Translations under genes and position numbers: made by a program | Shown: positions 40,601-48,461 of the stretch, one piece after another | Position numbering within the stretch: position 1 is the stretch's first letter | Layout of the letters: each line of letters opens with the position of its first letter | Assembly (NCBI GenBank): GCA_903901045.1 | Contig: CAIUPP010000060.1 | Coordinates: 6,661-70,660 of the forward strand | Direction of reading: 5' to 3' | Length of the DNA stretch: 64,000 bases | Source: an uncultured Planctomycetota bacterium | Lineage (GTDB): Bacteria; Planctomycetota; Brocadiia; CAIUPP01 | Notes under the pieces: generated by a model | The model's database searches: none | Told to the model about the DNA's origin: nothing | What the model saw: only the letters and a program-made list of their open reading frames with translations

Positions 40601-40938
40601 ACCTCTCGTATTATGAGCGCGTGCGCGAGGGAAAGATGAAGACCTTCGAGGACCTGACCGAGGCGGTGGTGCATGGCGCGGTCAAGCGCATCCGGCCCAA
40701 GATGATGACGGTCTGCGCGGCGTTCATCGGGCTGATGCCGATCATGTGGTCGATGAGCGCCGGCTCGGACATGATGAAGCGCGTGGCTGCGCCGATGGTG
40801 GGCGGACTCGTGACCAGTTTCATCCTGGAGCTTCTGATCTACCCGGCGGTCTATACGGCATGGAAATGGCGCTTCGAGATGAAGCGCGGCACGGTGGACG
40901 TGAGCACGCTGCCGTCGCCGCATTTGAGAGGGCATTAG
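37648..40938 (+). CDS. heavy-metal efflux RND permease, CusA/CzcA family (HME-RND)
   Basis: 1096 aa. Start 'MIERVIEFCARNKYLVIILAAVAVVIGI' typical of CusA/CzcA. 12-TM architecture with large periplasmic loops. Confidence 0.9.
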   Translation: MIERVIEFCARNKYLVIILAAVAVVIGIYCVRHIPLDAIPDLSDTQVIVYSRWDRSPDILEDQVTYPIVSSLLGVPKVKAVRGFSDFGYSFVYVIFQDGTDIYWARSRVLEYLSKIQPSLPEGVRTELGPDATSVGWVYQYALVDKSGKQNLGDLRSFQDWTLRYWLREVPGVAEVASVGGFQKQYEVNIDPNALLAYNVPIGKVVEAIRAGNNDVGGRLVEFHGAEYMVRGRGYAKSIKDIEEISVGVDKNGTPILVKNLGHVVLGPDIRRGVADLDGIGDTAGGIVIMRQGENALNVIQRVKAKIEEIKPSLPPGVEIVTTYDRSTLIKESIGTLRHELIAALVIVSLTILLFLWHIPSAIVPIVTIPISVLLAFIPMYLLGVNANIMSISGIAISIGVLVDGAIVEVENAYKKLELWQSGGRVGDFHEVRLRALKEVGPSVFFSLLVIAVAFIPIFALEEQEGRLFKPLAYTKNLVMAIAAVLAVTLDPAVRMLFARMEWKHFRPRPLSWLWNQISVGKYYPEEKHPISRILFWLYERPCRFVIRHRTIVVVAALLLVLTTIPVYLHLGREFMPPLWEGDILYMPTTMPGLSVTEARDLMQRMDQVLMTVPEVERVFGKAGRSDTATDPAPFSMMETTVLLKPPSQWRTKERWYSNWPGWTHGLFRPIWSDRLNKDELIAELDRKMQFAGVANAWTMPIRARIDMLTTGVRTPIGIKILGEDLAKTEEIGAQLEAIIREQPGTRSVFAERTAGGYFLDFDLKREQLARYGLTVDEAQTVILTAIGGEPVTTTVEGRARYTVSVRYARDFRSDLNDLRRVLVPTASGAQIPLGELAEIKMTLGPGMIRDENGMLAGYVYVDTAESDIGGYVARAKAAVQKQVQLPAGYALQWSGQYESMIRVKERLKVVVPITLFIVAILLYMNTKSAVKTTIILLAVPFSAIGAIWLLYFLGYNISIAVWVGLIALMGLDAETGVFMLLFLDLSYYERVREGKMKTFEDLTEAVVHGAVKRIRPKMMTVCAAFIGLMPIMWSMSAGSDMMKRVAAPMVGGLVTSFILELLIYPAVYTAWKWRFEMKRGTVDVSTLPSPHLRGH

Positions 40939-40939
40939 G

Positions 40940-42310
40940 ATGGCGGGAATGCGCACAGGCGTCCTGGCGGCCGGCGTGATCGCGATGCTCATCCTGGCGA
41001 CCGGCTGTCCCGCGCTTCGTCCGAAGGGCGAGAAGGAGGAGCGCAACCGCATGATGGAAGCGGGCAGGGACTACGTCAAGCCGATCGAAATCCCCGCGCT
41101 CTCGGCAGTCCCCGCTCCGGAGGAGTACGTGCGGCTCGCATTTGTCACCAACTCGAACCTGCAGGCGCGCTACTGGGAATGGCGTTCCGCCATCGAACGC
41201 GTGCCCGTGGTATCCAGTTGGCCCAATGTGGCCGTGCCCTTCAGCCTGCTGCTCGGAGCAGGGGGGGGCGGGCTGTGGGACCGCACCACGCTGGGGCTTG
41301 CCAACGACCCGATGACCGACATCCCGTATCCCACCAAGCTCACCTCGGCGGGGCGCAGGTCGCTGCAGGAGGCGCGCGCGGTGGGGCTGCGCTTCGAGGC
41401 CGCCCGTTTCGAGTTGCAGCGGGCCGTGCTGACCACCTGCTATGACCTGGCGCTGCTGGGTGAATCGCTGCGAATACAGGAGGAGAATGTCTCGCTGCTG
41501 CGCCTGACCGTCCGGCAAATGGCGAGTCGCGTGGGAACGGCGGGGGGGGCGCAGCAGGAACTGCTCAAAGCCCAGACCGATCTCGATCTGGCCGAAAATG
41601 AACTGGCCAACCTCCAGTCGCAGCAGGCGCCGCTGGCGGCGAAGATGAACGCGCTCATCGGGCGCGCGGCATCCGAGCCGGTTCCGCTGCCGCCGGCGCT
41701 CCCGGCGCCGCGGACGCTCCCGCTGGCAGACGACCAGCTGATCCAACTCGGGGCGGAGCGCAACCAGGAACTGGCCGCGCTGGCGCGCGACGTCGCCGGC
41801 AAGAGGGAGGCCCTGACCTTGGCGAAGCGCCAGCGCCTGCCCGATTTCAGTCTTTCGGCAAGCCTGACGGGGGGCGTTACGGGAGCCCTCGGCGGGATGG
41901 TTGTCCTGCCGACGCGGCGCGAGGCGATTCAGGCCGGGATCAAGCAAGCGCGCGCTGAACTTCAGACCGCCAGGGCGGCGCAGGCGCAATATCAGCGCGA
42001 CCTCGCAACCAGCTTCGTGCTGAACCTGGTGCTGCTGCGGAATAACGAGCGCCAGATAGCGCTCTTCCAGGATGCCATCATCCCTCGCGCGCGGCAGATC
42101 ACCAGGGTTGTTCAATCCGCCTACGCTTCGGGCGGGGCGCGGTACACGGAACTGCTGGACGCGCAGCGGACGCTCCTGGAAGCGCGGCTGACCGTCGCGC
42201 AACTGCAAATGGAAAGAGAGAAAGCGTTGGCTTCCATTGAGGCCACCGCGGCAGTGGATGTGGCCGCTATGAAATCGCCATGTGAGTCAGAACATGCGTC
42301 TAGTCAGTGA
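40940..42310 (+). CDS. TolC-family outer-membrane efflux factor (CusC-like)
   Basis: Lipoprotein-type N-terminus 'LILATGCPAL'. Duplicated alpha-helical/beta-barrel repeats. Confidence 0.8.
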   Translation: MAGMRTGVLAAGVIAMLILATGCPALRPKGEKEERNRMMEAGRDYVKPIEIPALSAVPAPEEYVRLAFVTNSNLQARYWEWRSAIERVPVVSSWPNVAVPFSLLLGAGGGGLWDRTTLGLANDPMTDIPYPTKLTSAGRRSLQEARAVGLRFEAARFELQRAVLTTCYDLALLGESLRIQEENVSLLRLTVRQMASRVGTAGGAQQELLKAQTDLDLAENELANLQSQQAPLAAKMNALIGRAASEPVPLPPALPAPRTLPLADDQLIQLGAERNQELAALARDVAGKREALTLAKRQRLPDFSLSASLTGGVTGALGGMVVLPTRREAIQAGIKQARAELQTARAAQAQYQRDLATSFVLNLVLLRNNERQIALFQDAIIPRARQITRVVQSAYASGGARYTELLDAQRTLLEARLTVAQLQMEREKALASIEATAAVDVAAMKSPCESEHASSQ

Positions 42311-42470
42311 CATACGGCGTAGTCGTGGTGTGAGGCCGGAAGAGGCGTGTTCTAGCAAGACCGCAAAGAGAGATTCCTAAGTACGTTTTACTTGCGCGGG
42401 CGTGCGCGGGGTGATATGCTTTGTGCTGCGTGAAGCGAATTCCGGTGACGTTCTTGCAGGAGGATTCTCA

Positions 42471-43778
42471 ATGCAAAGTTTGAATCGTCTTTTCCTGGTC
42501 TCCCTGGTTGTCGTTGGCATCGTGTGCGCGCTCTCCGTATCCGCAGCGGTTCCCGCCCCGGCAGCACGCGGGCACGCGCCGGCCCTGTTTGGGACCATTG
42601 TGAGCGTGGACGCCGTCGCGGGCAACGTGGTGATCGCCACCGCCGCCCGGCATTCCACTCCCAGCCAGCAGGTGACCGTCGCCACTGACGCGAACACGGT
42701 TATTACCCTTGACGGCCAGCCCGCGACGCTGGCGGCGCTTGTGGCGGGCATGCTGGTGAAAGTGCAGCCCACCACCGGCACGGCGACGCTCATCGCAGCC
42801 CGCACGCCTCCTCCTCCGCCTCCGCTGCGCGGCGTGATTGTGAGCGTTGACACGACGACCGGCGACGTGCAGGTGGCCGTCGATGCCAGGCACAGCGAGC
42901 CAACCCTCCTCGTGACCGTCCCCACCGACGCGAACACGGTCGTTACCCTCGATGGCCAGCCCTCGACCCTGGCGGCGCTTGCCGCTGGGATGTTCGTCAA
43001 AGTGCAGCCTTCGACCGGCGTGGCGGTCAGCATCGACGCGCGCACGCCTCCTGCCCCTGCGCCGCTCGAAGGAGTCATCGTGAACGTGGACAGCGCAACG
43101 GGCGACGTTGTGGTCGCGACCCGAGGCCGGCATAGCGGCCCGGACGTTCAGGTGACCGTGTTCACCGACTCGAACACCCTGGTCACCATTGACGGCAACG
43201 CCGCCACAGTGCCCGACCTGCAGGCCGGGATGTTCGTCAAGGTTCAGCCGCCGAGCGGCACCGCCACAAGCATCGAGGCGCGCACGCCGCCGCCCCCGCC
43301 GCCTCTGGTGGGCGTGATCGTGAGTGTGGATGCCGCGACGGGGAACGTCGTGGTCGCCACGGGGGGAGGGCGCCATGATCCCGCTCAGCAGGTGACCGTG
43401 GCAACTGACGCGAATACGGTGGTCACCATCGACGGCAACGCCGCCACGGTGGCCGCGCTCCTGCCCGGCATGTCCGTCAAAGTTCAGCCGCGGTCCGGCA
43501 CGGCGGCGAGCATCGAGGCTCAAACGCAGCCGTTGCTCGGCATCGTCGTCAGCGTGGACACCGTCACCGGCAATGTGGTGGTTGCCTCGCGAAACAATCG
43601 CATGACCCCTGTCCAGCAGGTCACCGTAGCCACGGATGCGAACACCGTGGTCACCATTGACGGCAACGCCGCCACGGTGGCTGACCTGAAGGCCGGGATG
43701 TTCGTCAAGATCAGTCCTTCCACCGGCACCGCGGCCACCATCGTCGCGCACACGGTGCCCGGTCCGCATTCGATGTAA
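42471..43778 (+). CDS. secreted protein composed of five tandem DUF5666-like ~80-aa repeats
   Basis: Signal peptide 'MQSLNRLFLVSLVVVGIVCALSVSAA'. Repeat unit 'PPPPLxGVIVSVDxxTGNVVVATxxRHxxPxQQVTVATDANTVVTIDGNAATVAALxAGMFVKVQPxTGTAxSIEARTP' x5. Confidence 0.8.
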   Translation: MQSLNRLFLVSLVVVGIVCALSVSAAVPAPAARGHAPALFGTIVSVDAVAGNVVIATAARHSTPSQQVTVATDANTVITLDGQPATLAALVAGMLVKVQPTTGTATLIAARTPPPPPPLRGVIVSVDTTTGDVQVAVDARHSEPTLLVTVPTDANTVVTLDGQPSTLAALAAGMFVKVQPSTGVAVSIDARTPPAPAPLEGVIVNVDSATGDVVVATRGRHSGPDVQVTVFTDSNTLVTIDGNAATVPDLQAGMFVKVQPPSGTATSIEARTPPPPPPLVGVIVSVDAATGNVVVATGGGRHDPAQQVTVATDANTVVTIDGNAATVAALLPGMSVKVQPRSGTAASIEAQTQPLLGIVVSVDTVTGNVVVASRNNRMTPVQQVTVATDANTVVTIDGNAATVADLKAGMFVKISPSTGTAATIVAHTVPGPHSM

Positions 43779-43801
43779 GCGGAGTAGCGTATCGCATGAC
43801 T

Positions 43802-43841
43802 TGGAGACCTGCCGTCAGTGGGCGGCAGGTCTCCTTTGTTT
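43802..43841 (+). terminator. rho-independent terminator
   Basis: 'GGAGACCTGCCG-tcagtggg-CGGCAGGTCTCC' stem-loop followed by TTTGTTTT, ~25 nt after the stop. Confidence 0.7.
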
Positions 43842-43979
43842 TCAGGGGCGCGTTGGCCGCCGGGGTGTTTCATGGTTTTGCGCGTTGGCGCTCTTTCCAA
43901 AGCGGGTTCAGGAGTGTAATATCGCATCCTGCGCATGAGCGAATCGCCCGACGAAGGCCGGTGATTTGGAGAGGACTCC

Positions 43980-45230
43980 ATGAAGGTATCGGCAAAAGAG
44001 CGTGCCATCCTGCGCGAATGCGCCAGGCAGATCGCTGAAATCGCCGCGCTCCCCGTTCAGAAGGAGAAGGCGGAACTCTGGCGCAGGCTCAACGACCTCG
44101 AGCGCGTCCGCCCGATGGTCTGGCTCAACGAGCACCCCTGGCATGAACTGAACGTGAACGACGAACTGACCTTGCGCTGCGAAAGCGAATGGGCGCGCGG
44201 CCTCGAGCAGGAGTTCCGCCAGCTTCTTTACAATTGGAACCACCTGCGGGTGGACATGATCGTCAGCGACTACCTCCCTTCCCCTCTCCTCCTGCAAGGC
44301 GCGGACTTCGGCATCTCCGAGGAGGTGGACGTCGTTCGCACCGATTCGGCCAGCACGGTCGTCTCGCGCCACTTCCACCCGCAGATTGTCGAGCCCGGCG
44401 ATATCGAGAAAATCCGCATGCCCAAAGTGACACTCGACGCGGCGGCCACGGCCCTGGAGTTCGACACGCGGAGCGAGCTTTTCGACGGCATCATGCCCGT
44501 GCGCAAGGTCGGCTTGAAGGGGTATTGGTTCACCCCCTGGGACAACCTCATCCGCTTCTGGGGCGTGGAGCAGGCGATGATGGACCTGGTGCTGCGCCCG
44601 GAGATGGTCAACGCGGCGGTATCGCGCTGGGTGGATGCCAGCCTGAGCCTGATCGAGCAGGTGGAGAAGCTGAACGCCCTGGCGCTCAACAGCGATAACA
44701 CGCGCGTCGGCAGCGGCGGCTACGGCTATACGAAGTCGCTCCCCGCCGCGGACGCGACGCCCGGTCGCGCCCGGCTTCGCGACTTGTGGGGCTGCTCCAA
44801 CGCGCAGATCTTCTCCGAAGTCTCCCCCGCGATGCACTGGGAATTCGCCCTCCGGCATGAAATGCGCTGGCTGGAGCGATGGGGCCTCACCTACTACGGT
44901 TGCTGCGAGCCGCTGGACCGAAAGATGGACATACTCCGCCGCATTCCGAACCTGCGCAAGATCTCCATGAGCCCCAAGGCCGACCCGGCGCGCGCGGCCG
45001 AGGCCCTGGGCCGGCAGTACGTCTTTTCCATGAAGCCGAATCCCGCCATTCTGGCCGAAGACACCTGGCGTCCCGAAAGGGCGCGCCAGGAGTTGGAGGA
45101 GGCGCTCGGCAAAGCCCGCCACTGCAACGTCGAGATCATCATGAAGGACGTCTCCACGGTCCGCTATGAGCCGCAGCGCCTGTGGGAATGGGCGCGCATG
45201 GCGGTCGAGGTGGCGCAGTCGCTTGACTGA
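43980..45230 (+). CDS. hypothetical protein, possibly a divergent URO-D-like TIM barrel
   Basis: N-terminal 'SAKERAILREC...VRPMVWLNEHP' resembles the URO-D-family N-terminus. 'YYGCCEPLDRKMDILRRIPNLRKISMSP' resembles the C-terminal region. The assignment is weak. Confidence 0.6.
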   Translation: MKVSAKERAILRECARQIAEIAALPVQKEKAELWRRLNDLERVRPMVWLNEHPWHELNVNDELTLRCESEWARGLEQEFRQLLYNWNHLRVDMIVSDYLPSPLLLQGADFGISEEVDVVRTDSASTVVSRHFHPQIVEPGDIEKIRMPKVTLDAAATALEFDTRSELFDGIMPVRKVGLKGYWFTPWDNLIRFWGVEQAMMDLVLRPEMVNAAVSRWVDASLSLIEQVEKLNALALNSDNTRVGSGGYGYTKSLPAADATPGRARLRDLWGCSNAQIFSEVSPAMHWEFALRHEMRWLERWGLTYYGCCEPLDRKMDILRRIPNLRKISMSPKADPARAAEALGRQYVFSMKPNPAILAEDTWRPERARQELEEALGKARHCNVEIIMKDVSTVRYEPQRLWEWARMAVEVAQSLD

Positions 45231-45324
45231 GCTTGCGGCTGGCCGTAGACTCTGACGACCGTCGTCGCCGGCCGGCGCTGAAAGCGCGATCCGTCAGTCC
45301 GGAACTCCCCAGAAAGGTGAACGC

Positions 45325-47334
45325 ATGGAAAAGCTCGGATGGCACTTTGATTTTCACAGCCACAAATCCGTCCGCATCGGCCATGACCCGGATTTTGCGG
45401 GGACCGCGGCCGCGCTGAAGGATGCGGGGGTGGATGAGGTGATCACCTTCGCCAAATGCCACACCGGTTTCAGCTATTTCCCCACGAAGGTCGGCACGCC
45501 GCACCCGCGCATGAAGGCCGACGTGCTCGGCGGGATGATCAAGGCTTGCCGGAAAGAAGGGATTCGCGTCTTCGCCTATCTGAGCTTCGGCATCGACGGC
45601 GAAGCGGGGCGCAAGCGCCGGGAATGGGCGCAGGTCTATGCCGATGGCGCCGATTACTCTGATCAGTCGTTCATCAACGTCTGTCCCTTCACCGGCTACA
45701 CCGACGAATTGATGTTGCCGCACATTGACGAGATCGCCCGGAAGTACCGCCCCGACGGCTTCTGGTTCGACACGATGGGCGCGCTGGGCGTTTGTTACTG
45801 CGAATGCTGCCAGCGGGAGTTCCGGGAAAAGCACGGCCTTGAAATTCCGCGTGCGCAGAAGGAGTCGAGTTGGCCGATTTACGGAGCGTTCCGGCGCGAG
45901 CGCGGGCTGGCACTGCTGGAACGCGTCGGCCGCTTCATCCATCAGCGTATTCCCAAGGCGGTGGTGGGATTCAACCAGATCGGCAGCGCGCCGTACCCCG
46001 AGAAGATGCCCAGGGACATCACCCGCCTGACGCTTGACCCGGCCACCTACGGCCACCAGTCGCGCGGGATGGGGTTCTGCGCGGCGTACGCCGCCAACGC
46101 GGACCGTCCCGCCGAGGTCATGCCGACCATCTTCAACCAGGGCTGGGGCGATTGGTCGGTCTCCACCGCTCAGCGAATGGAAAAGGTCGCCGCCGCCTGC
46201 TGGGCGCACAAAGTGCGCCTGTTCATGGGGGACCGGCTCCGCCCCGAGGGCCGGCTTGACGGCGCGACGCTCCAGGCGGTGAAGTCGTTCACGGAATTGC
46301 GGCAGCGCCTCACGCCGCTCTTTCCGCCCGATGCATCGAAGGCGGATGACGAGGTGCTGGTGGTCCATAGCAAGAGCGTCGTCTACGGCGAGGATATGCG
46401 CGAGTTCGCCATGGACCCGCGCGTGCGCCTGGGGCCGCTGCAGGGGGCGCACTCGATCCTTGTGGACTGTGGCGCAAGTTTCAGCATCGTCAGCGATCTC
46501 TTCCTGAATGCGAAACTCAAAAGGGCGGGGCTGGTCGTGCTTCCCGAACTGCCCGCCATCGAGCCTCAAGCGCACGCCGCCCTCAAGCGCTACGTGAAGG
46601 GGGGCGGGAAGCTGCTGGTGGTTGGGCGCATTCCGAACGTCCGGGGGAAGCCGATGGACTGGCTCGGCGTCTCGCGCGCCGCGAAGCCGTGGCAGGATCA
46701 CATCTGGCTGTCGGCCTGGCCCGGAATGTCCCAGGAACTGCCGGTGCTCGTGCGCGGGGAGTTCCGAAAAGTGACGTTGCGCGGCGCGCAGACAATGGTG
46801 AGAGCCATCCAGCCGTACGACCTGGCATACGGAATCCGCTTCGGCTGGGGGATCGGGCCGGCGTCGAAAAGGCCGAGCAAACAGGCCGCCCTTGCCATGC
46901 GGAAGTTCGGCAAGGGGGAAGTCTGGTACCTCGAAGCGCCGCTCTTCAGCGATTATTTCAGCGGCGGCAACTGGCAGCAGATCGAATGGATGTACGGCCT
47001 TCTGGAGCAGATACAACCGAAGGCGCGCGCGCGCCTGCATCAGCCCGCCGGGAACGTGGAACTCGTTATGCGGCGCTCCCCCAAGTCCACCTGGGCGGTC
47101 CTGGTGAACCATGGCGGCGAAGAATTCGCCGCCGGCAAGCTCCCCTGGAGCCGCGCTCTGGCCCCGTCGCCGGCATATCCTGTGACGGTTGAATTGCGCG
47201 ACCGCCGCAGCCCGAAACGCGTCACCTGCAACGGCGCGGAATGTCCGTTCGAGCGGCGCGGAGCGGTTCTCCACGTTCCTCTTGCGATGGACGCGGCATG
47301 GAAAGTCGTGCGCGTGGACTGGGATGATGCGTAG
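45325..47334 (+). CDS. putative glycoside hydrolase (alpha-L-fucosidase-like TIM barrel + GH42-type trimerisation domain)
   Basis: 'DEVITFAKCHTGFSYFPTKVG' resembles the GH29 'TAKHHDGFCLWPS'. 'GLVVLPELPAIEPQAHAALKRYVKGGGKLLVVG' is a trimerisation-like domain. No signal peptide. Confidence 0.55.
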   Translation: MEKLGWHFDFHSHKSVRIGHDPDFAGTAAALKDAGVDEVITFAKCHTGFSYFPTKVGTPHPRMKADVLGGMIKACRKEGIRVFAYLSFGIDGEAGRKRREWAQVYADGADYSDQSFINVCPFTGYTDELMLPHIDEIARKYRPDGFWFDTMGALGVCYCECCQREFREKHGLEIPRAQKESSWPIYGAFRRERGLALLERVGRFIHQRIPKAVVGFNQIGSAPYPEKMPRDITRLTLDPATYGHQSRGMGFCAAYAANADRPAEVMPTIFNQGWGDWSVSTAQRMEKVAAACWAHKVRLFMGDRLRPEGRLDGATLQAVKSFTELRQRLTPLFPPDASKADDEVLVVHSKSVVYGEDMREFAMDPRVRLGPLQGAHSILVDCGASFSIVSDLFLNAKLKRAGLVVLPELPAIEPQAHAALKRYVKGGGKLLVVGRIPNVRGKPMDWLGVSRAAKPWQDHIWLSAWPGMSQELPVLVRGEFRKVTLRGAQTMVRAIQPYDLAYGIRFGWGIGPASKRPSKQAALAMRKFGKGEVWYLEAPLFSDYFSGGNWQQIEWMYGLLEQIQPKARARLHQPAGNVELVMRRSPKSTWAVLVNHGGEEFAAGKLPWSRALAPSPAYPVTVELRDRRSPKRVTCNGAECPFERRGAVLHVPLAMDAAWKVVRVDWDDA

Positions 47335-47375
47335 GACCGGCTCTGACCGTCATTCGGATCTAATGGAGGCGTGAG

Positions 47376-48329
47376 ATGAATATCGTTGTGCTGGATGGAC
47401 ATACGCTGAACCCCGGGGACCTGGCGTGGGATGAGTTGAAGGCGCTGGGATCCTGCCAGATATATGACCGCACCCCCGCCGGACAAGTCGTCGCGCGCGC
47501 CAGGGATGCCGACGCGGTCCTGACCAACAAGACGGTTCTGGACAAGGAGACGATCTCGCGCTTGCAGAAGCTTCGCTATATCGGCGTGCTGGCAACCGGC
47601 TACAACGTGGTGGACATCCAGGCGGCGCGGGAACGCGGCATTCCCGTGACGAACATCCCCACGTATGGCACCGCCTCCGTCGCGCAGATGGCCTTCGCCC
47701 TGCTCCTGGAACTGACCCAGCACGTCGCGCACCACGCGGCCACCGTGCGAGAAGGGCGCTGGTGCCGCTCCGAGGATTTCTGCTACTGGGACTTCCCCCT
47801 GATCGAACTCAACGGCCTGACCCTGGGCATCGTGGGATATGGGCGGATCGGCCGCGAGACGGGAAAGATCGCCCGGGCCTTCGGGATGAAGACGCTGGCG
47901 CACGATGTTTTCGCGAAGGGGGAGGAGTGCCGCGAAGCCGAGTTGGTCTCTTTGGATGAGCTTTTCCGGCGCAGCGACGTGGTCAGCCTGCACTGCCCGC
48001 TGACCGCGGAGAACAAGGGGATGGTGAACGCGTCGAGGCTGGCGCTGATGAAGAGCACGGCCTTCTTGATCAACACGAGCCGCGGGCCGCTGGTGGAGGA
48101 GTCGGCGCTGGCCGATGCGCTCAACAGCGGGCGGATCGCCGGCGCAGGGCTGGACGTCCTGACCGTCGAGCCGCCGCGCCCGGATAACCCGCTGCTGAAG
48201 GCGAAGAACTGCCTCATCACCCCCCATATCTCCTGGGCGACCCGGTCTGCGCGCGCGCGCCTCATGAAATGCGCCGTGGAAAACGTCCGCGCTTATCTGG
48301 CCGGTGAAAAGCAGAACGTCGTCAACTAA
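47376..48329 (+). CDS. D-isomer-specific 2-hydroxyacid dehydrogenase (glycerate/hydroxypyruvate reductase-like)
   Basis: 'LGIVGYGRIGRETGKIARAFGMKTLAHD' NAD-binding motif. Collinear with the GhrA/HprA family. Confidence 0.85.
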   Translation: MNIVVLDGHTLNPGDLAWDELKALGSCQIYDRTPAGQVVARARDADAVLTNKTVLDKETISRLQKLRYIGVLATGYNVVDIQAARERGIPVTNIPTYGTASVAQMAFALLLELTQHVAHHAATVREGRWCRSEDFCYWDFPLIELNGLTLGIVGYGRIGRETGKIARAFGMKTLAHDVFAKGEECREAELVSLDELFRRSDVVSLHCPLTAENKGMVNASRLALMKSTAFLINTSRGPLVEESALADALNSGRIAGAGLDVLTVEPPRPDNPLLKAKNCLITPHISWATRSARARLMKCAVENVRAYLAGEKQNVVN

Positions 48330-48461
48330 TGAGCGATGCGCAATCAGCTTGACACGCGGGTAGGGGCAAGTCATGCCTTGCCCCTACTAACTCTGGCCCT
48401 ATTGCTCGCAAGCGGAAGACCGAACGTCAAGCTAATTATGTGGCGAGTAATAGCGCTCCTG

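Noticed and set aside
36000-42208. Three long minus-strand ORFs (36000-37583, 38134-41052, 40820-42208)
   Set aside because: All are antisense to the CusB/CusA/TolC-like genes, which have unmistakable family signatures. Translations are dominated by R/G/H/P/A.
42391-42420. Possible promoter (TTGCGC...ATATGC) upstream of the DUF5666 gene
   Set aside because: Spacing and hexamers are poor. Transcription may instead read through from the efflux operon. Not reported as a feature.
42468-43769. 433-aa minus-strand ORF opposite the DUF5666 repeat gene
   Set aside because: Antisense frame of the repeat. The plus-strand gene has a signal peptide, RBS and terminator.
43908-45122. 404-aa minus-strand ORF
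   Set aside because: Overlaps the plus-strand 416-aa gene, which has a balanced, aromatic-rich composition. The minus-strand product is R/G/A-rich.
45139-47274. 711-aa minus-strand ORF
   Set aside because: Antisense to the glycosidase-like gene at 45325-47334. Low-complexity R/A/G composition.
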